Part shown: in pieces, positions 23,313 through 33,014 of the stretch
How positions within the stretch are numbered: position 1 is the first letter of the stretch
Layout: each line of letters begins with the position of its first letter
Source: Gemmatimonadales bacterium
Lineage (GTDB): Bacteria > Gemmatimonadota > Gemmatimonadetes > Gemmatimonadales > JACORV01
Length of the DNA stretch: 63,529 nt
NCBI GenBank assembly: GCA_030697825.1
Contig: JAUYOW010000078.1
Span: forward strand, 1-63,529
Reading direction: 5' to 3'
The notes under the pieces: model-generated
What the model was told of the DNA's origin: nothing
Database searches by the model: none
What the model saw: only the letters and a program-made list of their open reading frames with translations
Program-made: the position numbers and the translations under genes

Positions 23313-24311
23313 ATGACCGACGTCGTGGCGCTCGCGGCCGAACTCGTCTCCCTGGAGTCCCCCACCGGCGCCGAAGGGCCGGCGGTGGATTTCGTGGCTC
23401 GCTGGCTAGTCTCCCGCGGGTGGAACGTCACCGTCCAGGAAGTGACCGATGGGCGGGGCAATGTCTGGGCCTCGCGCGCGGGTGGCGGGGTCACTTTCTC
23501 CACCCATCTCGATACGGTGCCGCCGTTCGTGCGGCCCGACCTCCGCGACGACCGCCTCTACGGCCGCGGCGCGTGCGATGCCAAGGGGATCGCCGCCGCG
23601 ATGCTGGTCGCCGCCGAGCGGCTCGCGGCGCGCGGCGAGGACCGGGTGGACCTGCTCTTCGTGGTGGGCGAGGAGCATGGCTCCGACGGCGCGCGCGCGG
23701 CGAACCGGCTCCCCGCGACCAGCCGCTTCCTCATCTTCGGCGAGCCGACCGAGAGCAAGCTCGCCACCGGCGCCCGCGGGTCGCTACGGGTCACGCTGCG
23801 CACCAAGGGCCGCGCCGCGCACTCCGCCTATCCCGACCTCGGCCAGTCCGCGATCGTGCCGATGCTGGCCATCCTCCAGGACATCCAGGGCCTCCCGCTC
23901 CCCACCGATGAGATCCTCGGCGCCACGACGGTCAACGTCGGCACGATCAAGGGCGGCACCGAAGCCAACGTGATTCCGGACGCATGCGAGGCCGAGCTGA
24001 TGTTCCGTCTGGCCGGGGACGTCGAGCAGCTGAAGCGCGTGGTAGAGGGGTGCGTCACGGGGCGCGCGGAGATCGGGTACGGCTCGTACACGCCGCCCGC
24101 GCCGCGCTGCCACACGGTGCCGGGCTTCGCGACGGCGCCGGTCGCGTATGCCACCGACGTCCCGCTGCTCGACCGATGGGGAACACCGCTGCTCTTCGGG
24201 CCGGGGTCCATTCATGTCGCGCACACCGCCGAGGAGTACATCGAGGTGCGGGAGCTGACGGAGAGCGTGGACGCGTATGAGCGCCTTGCCGGTATCCTCC
24301 TTGCGACTTGA
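23313..24311 (+). CDS. M20-family metallohydrolase (ArgE/DapE/LysK-like)
   Basis: STHLDTVPP..., YGRGACDAKG and VGEEHGSDG motifs. Confidence 0.75.
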   Translation: MTDVVALAAELVSLESPTGAEGPAVDFVARWLVSRGWNVTVQEVTDGRGNVWASRAGGGVTFSTHLDTVPPFVRPDLRDDRLYGRGACDAKGIAAAMLVAAERLAARGEDRVDLLFVVGEEHGSDGARAANRLPATSRFLIFGEPTESKLATGARGSLRVTLRTKGRAAHSAYPDLGQSAIVPMLAILQDIQGLPLPTDEILGATTVNVGTIKGGTEANVIPDACEAELMFRLAGDVEQLKRVVEGCVTGRAEIGYGSYTPPAPRCHTVPGFATAPVAYATDVPLLDRWGTPLLFGPGSIHVAHTAEEYIEVRELTESVDAYERLAGILLAT

Positions 24312-24315
24312 GCGC

Positions 24316-25386
24316 ATGCCGCACGTCCCGGCGACCAGGATCCCGGTCGCCGTCCTCGGCGCGACGGGCGCGGTCGGGCAGACGTTCGTCCAGCTGCTGG
24401 AGCACCATCCGTGGTTCCGGCTCGCCGCGGTCGCGGCGTCCGAGCGCTCGGCGGGGAAGAAGTATCGGGAGGCGACCCGCTGGATCGGTGGTGATCTGCC
24501 GGCGGGTGCGGCGGACCTGCCCGTCCTCCGGTGCGATCCCGCCGCGTTCGACGCGCCGGTGGTGTTCTCCGCGCTGGACGCCGGTGTCGCGGGAGAGATT
24601 GAAACCGCGTTCGCGCGCGCGGGCCGCGTGGTGCTCAGCAACGCGCGCAGCTTCCGCATGGAGCGCGACGTCCCGCTCGTCATCCCGGAGATCAACGCGG
24701 ACCATCTCGCGCTGCTCGATGCGCAGCGTAGGGCACGCGGCTGGGACGGCGCCATCGTCACCAACGCCAATTGCGCGACGATCGTCATCGCGATGGCGCT
24801 GGCGCCGCTCCACGAGGCGTTCGGCGTGCGGCAGGTGTTCGCGATGACGATGCAGGCGGTCTCGGGCGCGGGGTATCCGGGCGTTCCTTCCCTCGACATC
24901 CTCGGCAATGTCATCCCGTTCATCGCCGGCGAGGAGGAGAAGATCGAGAGCGAGACGCGGAAGATCCTCGGCTGGCTGGACGGCGATTCGGTGAGCGCGG
25001 CGCCATTCGAAGTGAGCGCGCAGGCCAACCGCGTGCCGGTCGAGCACGGCCACACGGCGTGTCTTTCGGTGGCGCTTAACGAGAAAGCGGCGCCGGACGA
25101 GGCGCTGGGGGCGTTGCGCGCGTGGCGCGGCGCGGTGGAGGATCTCGACCTGCCGAGCGCGCCGAAGCCGCCGCTCATCGTGACGGATGCACCGGACCGT
25201 CCCCAGCCCCGCCGCGACGCCGGGGCTGGCGCCGGCATGGCGGTCACCGTGGGCCGGGTGCGCAAGGACCCGATCCTCGACCTCAGGCTGGTGGCGACGG
25301 GGCACAACACCATTCGCGGCGCGGCGGGCGCGTCGATCCTCAACGCCGAGCTGATGGTGGCGCGCGGCATGATCCGCGGCGTGTGA
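24316..25386 (+). CDS. asd: aspartate-semialdehyde dehydrogenase
   Basis: VAVLGATGAVGQ (NAD(P) binding) and the NANCATI active-site Cys region. The start is taken at ATG 24316, after the upstream stop. Confidence 0.85.
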   Translation: MPHVPATRIPVAVLGATGAVGQTFVQLLEHHPWFRLAAVAASERSAGKKYREATRWIGGDLPAGAADLPVLRCDPAAFDAPVVFSALDAGVAGEIETAFARAGRVVLSNARSFRMERDVPLVIPEINADHLALLDAQRRARGWDGAIVTNANCATIVIAMALAPLHEAFGVRQVFAMTMQAVSGAGYPGVPSLDILGNVIPFIAGEEEKIESETRKILGWLDGDSVSAAPFEVSAQANRVPVEHGHTACLSVALNEKAAPDEALGALRAWRGAVEDLDLPSAPKPPLIVTDAPDRPQPRRDAGAGAGMAVTVGRVRKDPILDLRLVATGHNTIRGAAGASILNAELMVARGMIRGV

Positions 25387-26744
25387 TCGTCGTCAAGTTC
25401 GGCGGGACGTCGGTGGGTGACGCCGAGGCCATCCGGCGTTCGGCGGCCATCGTTCGCACCCGGCTGGACCGAAAGCCCATCGTGGTGGTCTCCGCGCTCG
25501 CGGGGACGACCAACGCGCTGCTCGCCATTGCCGAGCACGCGGTGAAGGGCCGGCTCATCGTGGCGGTGCGTGAGGTGGAGGGGTTGCGCGAGCGGCACCT
25601 CACCGCGGCCGACGATCTGCTGGGAAGTGGCGCCCCGGCGGATGAAGTGCGAGGCGATATAAGCGCGACGTGCGACGAGTTGGCGAGCCTCGCCGAGGCA
25701 CTCTCAGTGCTCGGGCACGTCACGCCGCGCAGCCAGGACGCCGTCGCCGCCATCGGCGAGCAGCTGTCGCCGGGGCTCGTGACGGCGGCGTTCGCGGCGT
25801 GCGGGCTTCCCGTGGAGCTGGTGGATGCGCGGCGGGTCATGATCACCGACGAACAGTTCACTCGAGCCACACCGAAGCCCGACGCGATCGCGCGGGCGGG
25901 GCGCGAGACGCTGCTCCCGCTGGTCGAGCAGGGTCGCGTTCCGGTACTGGGCGGCTTCATCGGGGCGACGGAGCAGGGGATCACGACCACGCTGGGTCGC
26001 GGCGGCTCCGACTACAGCGCCTCGCTCATCGGGGCGGCGCTCGAAGTTGAGGCGATCGAGATCTGGACCGACGTGGACGGCATGCTCACCGCCGATCCAC
26101 GCGTCGTGCCGGCGGCGCGCCTGCTCGAGCAGGTGCGCTTCGATGAGGCGTCGGAGCTGGCCACCTTCGGGGCCAAGGTGCTCCATCCCGCGACCATCGC
26201 GCCCGCGGTGGGGCGCGGGATCCCGGTTCACGTGTACAACTCCCGCCGGCCCGACGGCAAGGGGACGCGCATCACCACTGACGCCCCGCGCCGCCCGGTG
26301 ACGGCGCTCGCCGGCCGGCGAGGTGTGGCGGTGCTGAAGGTGCAGTCGTCGCGGATGCTCAACGCGCACGGGTTCCTGGGCCGCCTCTTCGAGATCTTCG
26401 CGCGGCACCAGGTCGCGGTGGACGTGGTGGCTACTTCGGAGGTGTCCGTCTCTCTCACGGTGGACGGTGCGGCGCGGCTCGACGGGCTCGTGGTGGACCT
26501 CGCGACCCTGGGCGACGTCTCAGTCGAGCGTAACCGCGCGATCCTCGCGGTGGTGGGCGCGGGCCTCGGCGATCACAGCGCGACCATGGCGCATGCGATC
26601 GCCGCGCTGGGAGACATCCCCGTGCGCATGGTCTCGTTGAGCGCGACGGGGATCAATCTCACGATCATCGTGGACGATGATCTGCTGGAGCCAGGGATGC
26701 GCAGGCTGCACGCGGCTCTGTTGGAGCCGTCCGCGGCGATGTGA
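25383..26744 (+). CDS. lysC: aspartate kinase
   Basis: (V)IVVKFGGTSVGD N-terminus with C-terminal ACT-type repeats. The GTG start overlaps the asd stop (GTGA). Confidence 0.85.
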   Translation: MIVVKFGGTSVGDAEAIRRSAAIVRTRLDRKPIVVVSALAGTTNALLAIAEHAVKGRLIVAVREVEGLRERHLTAADDLLGSGAPADEVRGDISATCDELASLAEALSVLGHVTPRSQDAVAAIGEQLSPGLVTAAFAACGLPVELVDARRVMITDEQFTRATPKPDAIARAGRETLLPLVEQGRVPVLGGFIGATEQGITTTLGRGGSDYSASLIGAALEVEAIEIWTDVDGMLTADPRVVPAARLLEQVRFDEASELATFGAKVLHPATIAPAVGRGIPVHVYNSRRPDGKGTRITTDAPRRPVTALAGRRGVAVLKVQSSRMLNAHGFLGRLFEIFARHQVAVDVVATSEVSVSLTVDGAARLDGLVVDLATLGDVSVERNRAILAVVGAGLGDHSATMAHAIAALGDIPVRMVSLSATGINLTIIVDDDLLEPGMRRLHAALLEPSAAM

Positions 26745-26795
26745 CCAGGCTCGTGGCGGAACTCCGGACCCGACTCCGGCGTTCTTGATGACGGC

Positions 26796-27368
26796 ATGAC
26801 GACTCTGAAGGAGATCGGAGTGGGAGCGAACGGACGGGAGACCGCGACGCTGGCGGGCGGGTGCTTCTGGTGCCTCGAGGCCGTCTTCGAGCAGCTGCGC
26901 GGCGTCGAGCGCGTGGTTTCGGGCTACGCGGGAGGGACGGTGGCGAATCCGTCGTACGAGCGCGTCTGCGCGGGCGCGACGGGTCACGCCGAAGTCGTGC
27001 AGGTCACGTTCGACCCGCGAGCCGTCTCCTTCAAGCACCTGCTCGAGGTCTTCTTCACGATCCACGACCCCACGACGCTCGATCGCCAGGGGAACGACGC
27101 CGGCACGCAGTATCGCTCGGCCATCTTCTACCACTCTCCAGAGCAGAAGGCGACGGCCGAGGGCGTGGTTGCGGAGCTCACGGCCCAGAAGGTTTGGGAT
27201 GCGCCGATCGTGACCAAGATCTCACCACTCGCGACGTTCTACCCCGCCGAGGATTACCACCAAGGCTATTACCGGAACAATCCGGGGCAGGGGTATTGCC
27301 GGGCGGTGATCGCGCCCAAGGTGGCCAAGCTGAGGAAGGTGTACTTCGAGAAGTTGAAAAAGGCCTGA
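26796..27368 (+). CDS. msrA: peptide-methionine (S)-S-oxide reductase
   Basis: [15 protein letters not shown] and [12 protein letters not shown] motifs. Confidence 0.9.
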   Translation: MTTLKEIGVGANGRETATLAGGCFWCLEAVFEQLRGVERVVSGYAGGTVANPSYERVCAGATGHAEVVQVTFDPRAVSFKHLLEVFFTIHDPTTLDRQGNDAGTQYRSAIFYHSPEQKATAEGVVAELTAQKVWDAPIVTKISPLATFYPAEDYHQGYYRNNPGQGYCRAVIAPKVAKLRKVYFEKLKKA

Positions 27369-27371
27369 GCG

Positions 27372-28685
27372 CTAGACCTCGTAGATCGCCTCGATCGGAT
27401 TGAACCGCGAGGCCCGCCGCGCCGGATACCAGCCGAACAGCAGCCCGACCACCACCGCGAAGAAGACCGACATCACCACGCCGGGCACGTTGATCGGGAT
27501 CGTGAAGTGCCGCCCGAACTGCTGCGCGATCTGCTGGGTGACGAAGATGAGGCCCGCGCCTCCCGCGATGCCGACCAGCGCGCCGCTCGCCGCCAACGTG
27601 AGCGCCTCGGCCAGGAACAACGCCTTGATCTCCTCGTCGTCCGCGCCCAGCGCCTTGCGGATGCCGATCTCGCGCACCCGCTCGCGCACCGAGATCAGCA
27701 GCACGCTGAAGAGCCCTATGCCGCCCACGATCATCGTCACGCCTGCGATGGCGAATAGCACGCCGTTCCACCCCTTCAGGACGTTGTCCGCCAGCGCGAG
27801 GTTCTCGGCCACCTCGGCGGCGTCGTTCTGAAGGTTGAAGTCCTCGACGCCGTGCCGCTGCCGGAGCGCCGCGCGCCCCGACTGCATGGTGCTCGGGAAG
27901 TCCGCATCCGCCGCGACGGTGACGGTCACGCTCCCCACCCGGCCCTCGCCCATCTGATAGCGGCTGAGGTACGTGTAGGGGATGTAGATCCGCCGGGCCG
28001 TGAAGCTGAAATCGACCGGGATGAACTCGAGGGGGAGCGGCGCGTTGACACCCACCACCGTGAACCGCACGGCGTCGATCGTGAGGGTACGGCCGACGGG
28101 GTCCGCGCTGCCGAAGAGGTCCTCGACGAGCGCCGAGCCGACCACGGCGACGCGCGAGCGCCCGATGATGTCGAGCGGCACGAGGGTGCGGCCCTGGATG
28201 ACGGGCCAGTGCCGCTGTTCGAGGTACCCAGCGTCCACGCCGCGGACCTGGAGGCGCCGCTGGCCGAGTGGCGTGGCAACTATCATGTCCTGGCCGGCGA
28301 CGTTGCCGTACACCGACTCGACCCCCGGCACGCGGCGCAGCGCCTCGAGGTCGGCGGCTTTGAGGCCGGGATGCATGAGGTCGGCGGCGCGGCGGCTGTC
28401 GCTGCGCGGGCTCCCGTCGTACAACGAGAAGCTCCTCGGCAGGCCCATTCGCCGAAGCTCGTCGTAGGCCATCGTCTTCACCGCGGCGGCGAGCGACGTC
28501 ATCGCCACGACGGACGCGCACCCGAATACGATACCGGAGAGGGTGAGGACCGAGCGCACCTTGTGCGCGCCGATCTCGCGGAAGGCGTCGCGTGCCAGCT
28601 CCCACGTCGCATCGAGCGCGCCCGCGAGTCGGCCCCGGCGCCCGGCCGCGGCGGTCTCCACCGGCCAAGCCGCCGGCTCAGCCAT
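27372..28685 (-). CDS. ABC transporter permease (MacB/FtsX-like)
   Basis: An N-terminal TM, a large periplasmic domain, and a C-terminal FtsX-type 3-TM bundle (IGIRKALGA). Confidence 0.8.
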   Translation of the reverse strand: MAEPAAWPVETAAAGRRGRLAGALDATWELARDAFREIGAHKVRSVLTLSGIVFGCASVVAMTSLAAAVKTMAYDELRRMGLPRSFSLYDGSPRSDSRRAADLMHPGLKAADLEALRRVPGVESVYGNVAGQDMIVATPLGQRRLQVRGVDAGYLEQRHWPVIQGRTLVPLDIIGRSRVAVVGSALVEDLFGSADPVGRTLTIDAVRFTVVGVNAPLPLEFIPVDFSFTARRIYIPYTYLSRYQMGEGRVGSVTVTVAADADFPSTMQSGRAALRQRHGVEDFNLQNDAAEVAENLALADNVLKGWNGVLFAIAGVTMIVGGIGLFSVLLISVRERVREIGIRKALGADDEEIKALFLAEALTLAASGALVGIAGGAGLIFVTQQIAQQFGRHFTIPINVPGVVMSVFFAVVVGLLFGWYPARRASRFNPIEAIYEV

Positions 28686-29904
28686 AGCGCAGTGCCTCGA
28701 CCGGCGAGAGCCTCGCCGCCTGGATCGCGGGGAAAGTGCCGGCGACGAGGCCGGTGGCGAGCGCCGTCGCGAGCGCGAGGCCGGCGACGAAGGGGCTCAC
28801 CACGGCCGGCACCTGCATGAAGTGCGCGACCAGTCCGGTGAGCGCGGTGCCGAGGCCGAGGCCGGCGAGGCCGCCCAGCACCGCCACGACCACCACCTGC
28901 GCGAGCACGTGCGCGAAGATGCCGACTCCCGTGGCGCCCAGCGCCATGCGGGTGCCGAACTCGCGCACCCGCTCCACGACGGAGGCGAGCAGGATGTTCG
29001 CGATCACGATGCCGCCGGTGAAGAGCGACACCGCGCCTACCACCAGGAAGATGAAGTTGATGAGCATCAGGAACTGGGTGTTGTCGCCGCCGGCGCCCTG
29101 GCCGGAGGGCTGAAGCTCGAAGTCCTCCACGCCGTGGCGCATCGCAAGCAGGGTGCGCACTTCCGCCTCCGCGACCCTGGCGCCGTCCTGCGGCCGCGCC
29201 TTCAGCGTCATGAAGTCGAGGCGGTCGTTACCCGACAGGTTGGCGATCCCGGTGGTGATGGGGATGTAAGCGCGGCGGTTGCGGTACTCGAGCGCGTTAT
29301 CCTCCCAGACCGCGAACTTGAACTCCTCGCGCTCCATCACGCCCACCACCACGTAGTTCTTCCCGCCGATGTTGACGAGCTGGTTGAGGGCACGCTCGGG
29401 GTCCCCGAACAGCGAGTCCGCGTACTTCCAGCCCAGCACCGCGACCCGTGCCCGCCGACGGACGTCCAGATCGCCGAGGAAGCGGCCCACCAGCGGCCGG
29501 ATGTCGTTGATGAAGGCGTAGTCCGGCACCGTGCCGATCACTTCGCCGTCGAAGCTGACGCCGCCCGCGCGGTAGGGCAGCTCGTGGCTCCAGCCGGGGC
29601 TCACCGCGAGGAGCGTGTGGGCGCGGTCCTTCAGCATCTGGGCGTCGCGGTAGGTGAGGCGGTCGGAGCGGAGCTCGCGCGCGGTTGGCGTGATCGCCAT
29701 GTCGCGGTTGCGCGCGATGATCGTCCCGGCGCCGCCCACTTCGTTGAGGAACTGGGTGGTGAGCGCCGTCTGCCCGCCGAACAGCGCCAGCACCGTGACG
29801 ATGCTCGCGGTGCCGAGAATGAGGCCCAGCAGCGAGAGGACGGTCTGGCCCCAATGCCGCCGCGCTTCGTCGAGACCGGTGAGCAGCGCCTCCGCGAAAG
29901 TCAC
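28678..29904 (-). CDS. ABC transporter permease (MacB/FtsX-like)
   Basis: Same architecture as the neighbouring permease. Contains EFGTRMALGA. Confidence 0.8.
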   Translation of the reverse strand: MTFAEALLTGLDEARRHWGQTVLSLLGLILGTASIVTVLALFGGQTALTTQFLNEVGGAGTIIARNRDMAITPTARELRSDRLTYRDAQMLKDRAHTLLAVSPGWSHELPYRAGGVSFDGEVIGTVPDYAFINDIRPLVGRFLGDLDVRRRARVAVLGWKYADSLFGDPERALNQLVNIGGKNYVVVGVMEREEFKFAVWEDNALEYRNRRAYIPITTGIANLSGNDRLDFMTLKARPQDGARVAEAEVRTLLAMRHGVEDFELQPSGQGAGGDNTQFLMLINFIFLVVGAVSLFTGGIVIANILLASVVERVREFGTRMALGATGVGIFAHVLAQVVVVAVLGGLAGLGLGTALTGLVAHFMQVPAVVSPFVAGLALATALATGLVAGTFPAIQAARLSPVEALRYG

Positions 29905-30569
29905 ACTACGCGACCGTCGGAGATGTGGATGGTGCGGTGCGCCTCGGCGGCGACCTTGGAGTCGTGGGTGACGAGAAGGATGGTGTGGCCCGCCTCGTGC
30001 AACTCGCGAAAGGTCTTCATCACCTCGGCGCCGGACTGCGAGTCCAGGTTGCCGGTGGGTTCGTCGGCCATGAGGATGGCCGGCTCGCCGACCAGCGCGC
30101 GCGCGATCGCCACCCGCTGCCGCTCCCCACCCGACAGCTCGTCCGGACGGTGATCCATCCGGTCGCCCATGCCGAGCCGCGCGAGGATGGCGCGCGCCCG
30201 GGACTTCCGCTCCGCGCGAGGGATCCCGCCGCGATACTGGAGCGGGAGCGCGACGTTCTCGAGCACGTTGAGCCGCGGCATCAGGTTGAAGGTCTGGAAG
30301 ACGAAGCCGACCTTCCTGTTCCGCACGTGCGCCAGCGTCTTGCCCCGGAGGCGGCTCACGTCCTGTCCGTCCAGCTCGTAGCTGCCGGCCGTGGGCGTGT
30401 CCAGGCAGCCGAGTATGTGCATGAGGGTGCTCTTGCCGGAGCCGGAAGGGCCGGTGATCGCGACGAACTCGCCCGCCTCGATGTCGCAGTCGGCGCCCCG
30501 CAGCGCCGGCACGTCAACCCGGCCCAGGCGGTAGGTCTTCTCCAGGCCGTTCGCGTGTATAAGTGGCAC
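29901..30569 (-). CDS. ABC transporter ATP-binding protein (MacB/LolD-type)
   Basis: GPSGSGKST (Walker A), LSGGERQRVAIARAL (signature), and ILMADEPTGNLD (Walker B). Confidence 0.9.
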   Translation of the reverse strand: MPLIHANGLEKTYRLGRVDVPALRGADCDIEAGEFVAITGPSGSGKSTLMHILGCLDTPTAGSYELDGQDVSRLRGKTLAHVRNRKVGFVFQTFNLMPRLNVLENVALPLQYRGGIPRAERKSRARAILARLGMGDRMDHRPDELSGGERQRVAIARALVGEPAILMADEPTGNLDSQSGAEVMKTFRELHEAGHTILLVTHDSKVAAEAHRTIHISDGRVV

Positions 30570-31687
30570 TACGACGTCCGCCGCACGCTCTTGGCCCGGT
30601 CGGCCGCCGCGACCGGGTCCTCGAGGGCCACCGAGTCGCCCGGCGCGATGCCTGGTCCGGTGATCTCGACGTGCGCGATGTCGGAAAGGCCGAGCGTGAC
30701 GGGAGTCGCGTGCGCCTCACCGCCCGAGACCTTGAAGACGACCGGCTTTCCTTCCTGGTAGATGATTGCCTCGACCGGGACGCGCACCACGTTCCGCCGC
30801 GTCGGGCCGGCGATGCGCACGTTGGCGGTCATGCCGGGGCGCAGCACGCTCTGGCGTCCACGCACCTCGACCTCGACGTCGAAGACCCGCACGCGGTCCT
30901 GCTGGCGCGCCGCGGGTGGGACGAGCCGCACGACGCCCTCGACCGTGTCGTCGGGGAAGGCGTCCACGTTGAGCTGCACGCGCTCACCACGCGCCACCTT
31001 TCCGATGTCAACTTCATTCACCGCCGCCTTCACGATCAGCACCGAGAGGTCGCCGATGGTGAACATCTCGGTACCGCCGCCGAAGGCGCTGGTGCCGCCC
31101 ACGACGGTTTCGCCCTCTTCGACGCCGCGCAGGATCACCACGCCGGCGGCGGGCGCGCGGATCGAAGCGAGCTGCGACGAATCGTTAGCGACCACGCCGC
31201 TCTCTTCCACGAGCCGGAGCTGGTTCTGTACGCGGTGCAGGGTGTTCTCAGCCTGCTCGATCGCCGCTCGTTTTTCCTCGATCTGCTGCTGGGTGATCAT
31301 CGTGCCGACGGTGAGCCCTTGCGCGCGGTCGTAGTCGCGACGGGCGTTGTCCCGCGCGATGCGGGCGGAAGTGACGTCACTCCGCATCTGGGCGAGCTGG
31401 TTGGCCTGCGCGATGTCGGGAACGACGGTGGCGAGGAGTTGGCCCGCGCGAACCACGTCTCCCTCGCCCACCAGCAGCCGGCGCACGATCCCGGAGATCG
31501 GCGACTTGACGACGATCTGGCGGTCGGGCTCGACCACACCGGTTTCCTCAATGGTTACGTGGATGTCGCCACGGTCGGCGAAGCCGACCTTGAAGGGGTA
31601 GGGCGAGTCACCGCCCTCGCCGCTAGCCTTGGAGCATGCGGCGAGGGCCAGCAGCGGCAGGAGGGCGAGCATCGGGTGATGGCGCAT
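30569..31687 (-). CDS. efflux periplasmic adaptor (HlyD/MFP family) lipoprotein
   Basis: Uses the internal start MRHHPMLALLPLLALAAC (lipobox). It has a coiled-coil plus beta-barrel MFP pattern. Confidence 0.8.
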   Translation of the reverse strand: MRHHPMLALLPLLALAACSKASGEGGDSPYPFKVGFADRGDIHVTIEETGVVEPDRQIVVKSPISGIVRRLLVGEGDVVRAGQLLATVVPDIAQANQLAQMRSDVTSARIARDNARRDYDRAQGLTVGTMITQQQIEEKRAAIEQAENTLHRVQNQLRLVEESGVVANDSSQLASIRAPAAGVVILRGVEEGETVVGGTSAFGGGTEMFTIGDLSVLIVKAAVNEVDIGKVARGERVQLNVDAFPDDTVEGVVRLVPPAARQQDRVRVFDVEVEVRGRQSVLRPGMTANVRIAGPTRRNVVRVPVEAIIYQEGKPVVFKVSGGEAHATPVTLGLSDIAHVEITGPGIAPGDSVALEDPVAAADRAKSVRRTS

Positions 31688-31864
31688 CGATTCTACCTTT
31701 GCAATCCATTGGGCAGCATGGAGTTGGCCGGGGTTCAAATGCCCTACGGCCACCGCCGACGTTAGGATTCAGACCGGCCCAGCGCGGCCGTCTAACACCG
31801 GGCATCCCAGCAGCGTATACTAGTGGTCAGGTCCGCATTTCGCCTTTTACCGGAGAGGGTAACG

Positions 31865-32452
31865 ATGCAGCGACGCTCTTCCGTGCTCTTTGCCGCCATC
31901 GGCCTCGCGGCCTCCGCCTCGGCCGCTCGCGCCCAGGCGGCTCCAGCGGCCCAGGCCACGCCCCCGCTCGAGATCGGCGCGGTGGCGCCGGACTTCGCGC
32001 TGCCCGGCGCGACCCGTTTCGGGGTCCTGCAGGACCCGATCCGCCTCAGCGACTTTCGGGGGAAGACCGTGGTCCTGGCGTTCTACTTCCGATCGCGAAC
32101 GCGTGGCTGAACCGTTCAAATGAACGCGTACCGTGATCAGTACGCGCAGCTATTCAGGGACGGCCGTAACGTGGTGCTCATCGCCATTAGCGCGGACCCC
32201 GATACGATGCAGGCGGCGTGGGCACGGGAGAGCGAGTTCCCGTTCCTCTTCGCGAGTGATTCGGGCGCGGTGGTGGGGCGTGCGTACGGCGCGCTGGCCT
32301 CGCGGCCGACCATGACGAACCGGAATCTCTTCGTGGTGGGGCCGGATGGCAGGATCGCGTACCGGGCGGTGCCGTTCCGGGAGGTGGATCCGACGGCGTA
32401 CACCGAGCTGGGGCAGGCGATCGATAGGACTGTGCCGGCGGCAGGGAACTGA
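31865..32452 (+). CDS. periplasmic PrxQ/BCP-like peroxiredoxin with in-frame TGA (32108-32110) at the peroxidatic Cys position; candidate selenoprotein (or nonsense pseudogene)
   Basis: ORFs 31823-32110 and 32120-32452 are in the same frame, separated only by TGA plus three sense codons. The joined sequence reads ...GKTVVLAFYFRSRTRG[TGA]TVQMNAYRDQY..., matching the Prx motif T-x-G-C-T-x-Q-x-x-x-x-R-D. The signal peptide is MQRRSSVLFAAIGLAASASAARAQ. Confidence 0.6.
32125..32146 (+). promoter_or_regulatory. candidate bacterial SECIS hairpin
   Basis: The 7-bp stem CGCGTAC / GTACGCG with loop CGTGATCA starts 14 nt after the TGA. The loop begins 21 nt after the TGA and has G in its second position. 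A lower helix TGAA / TTCA is possible. Confidence 0.4.
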
Positions 32453-32483
32453 GAAACGGTTGAGGAAAGAGAAGCGTTGAAGG

Positions 32484-33014
32484 TCAACGCCTTTCCCCCA
32501 CCGCCCTCCGCACTGCCGCCTCGATATCCTGGTCCGGACCGACCCCGGTGTACACCACGCGTCCCCGAGCGTCCAGCGCCACCACGTAGGACGTCGCCGG
32601 GGCCTCGAACGCGCGCACCGCGCTCCCGGTGGCATCGAAGAAGAACCGGAATGGCATCCGGTGGGTCTCGAGGTGACGGCGCATCGTGTTCCGCGTCTGG
32701 TTGACGCCCACTCCCACCACGACGAAATCCACGCGCCGGCCATACCGCTGATATGCGGCCTCCATCTTCGGCAACAGTGCCCGGCAGTTCGTGCACCAGG
32801 TCGCCCAGAACTCGACCAGCACGGGACGGCGCCCCACGAACGCCGAGAAATCCGCCGCCTGCCCGTCCAGGTCCTCGACTTGCACGGCCGGCGGCGTCGC
32901 GCCGAGGGCGATGCCGATCACTTCGTCCTGCGCGGCGAGTACGCGAGGGCAGGTAAGGGCGGTCGCGGTCGCGAGCGCGGCTAGCGCGAGCGTGGTCTGG
33001 AGGGTCCTACTCAC
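32484..33014 (-). CDS. TlpA/ResA-like periplasmic thiol:disulfide oxidoreductase
   Basis: VLVEFWATWCTNCRALLP is a WCxxC redoxin motif. The GTG start at 33014 overlaps the ccdA stop (GTGA). It has an N-terminal signal/anchor. Confidence 0.75.
   Translation of the reverse strand: MSRTLQTTLALAALATATALTCPRVLAAQDEVIGIALGATPPAVQVEDLDGQAADFSAFVGRRPVLVEFWATWCTNCRALLPKMEAAYQRYGRRVDFVVVGVGVNQTRNTMRRHLETHRMPFRFFFDATGSAVRAFEAPATSYVVALDARGRVVYTGVGPDQDIEAAVRRAVGERR

Noticed and set aside
15875-25598. Very long minus-strand ORFs (15875-18340, 18310-20052, 20900-23503, 23784-25598, and others) overlapping the hyp, asd and lysC genes.
   Set aside because: They are Arg/Ala/Pro/Gly-rich, low-complexity antisense shadows, typical of high-GC DNA. 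The plus-strand genes carry clear family motifs and translational coupling.
31729-31748. A tRNA T-arm-like string, GGGGTTCAAATGCCC.
   Set aside because: The flanks cannot form a T-stem, acceptor or anticodon arm, and it lies in the adaptor-gene leader. It is a chance match.
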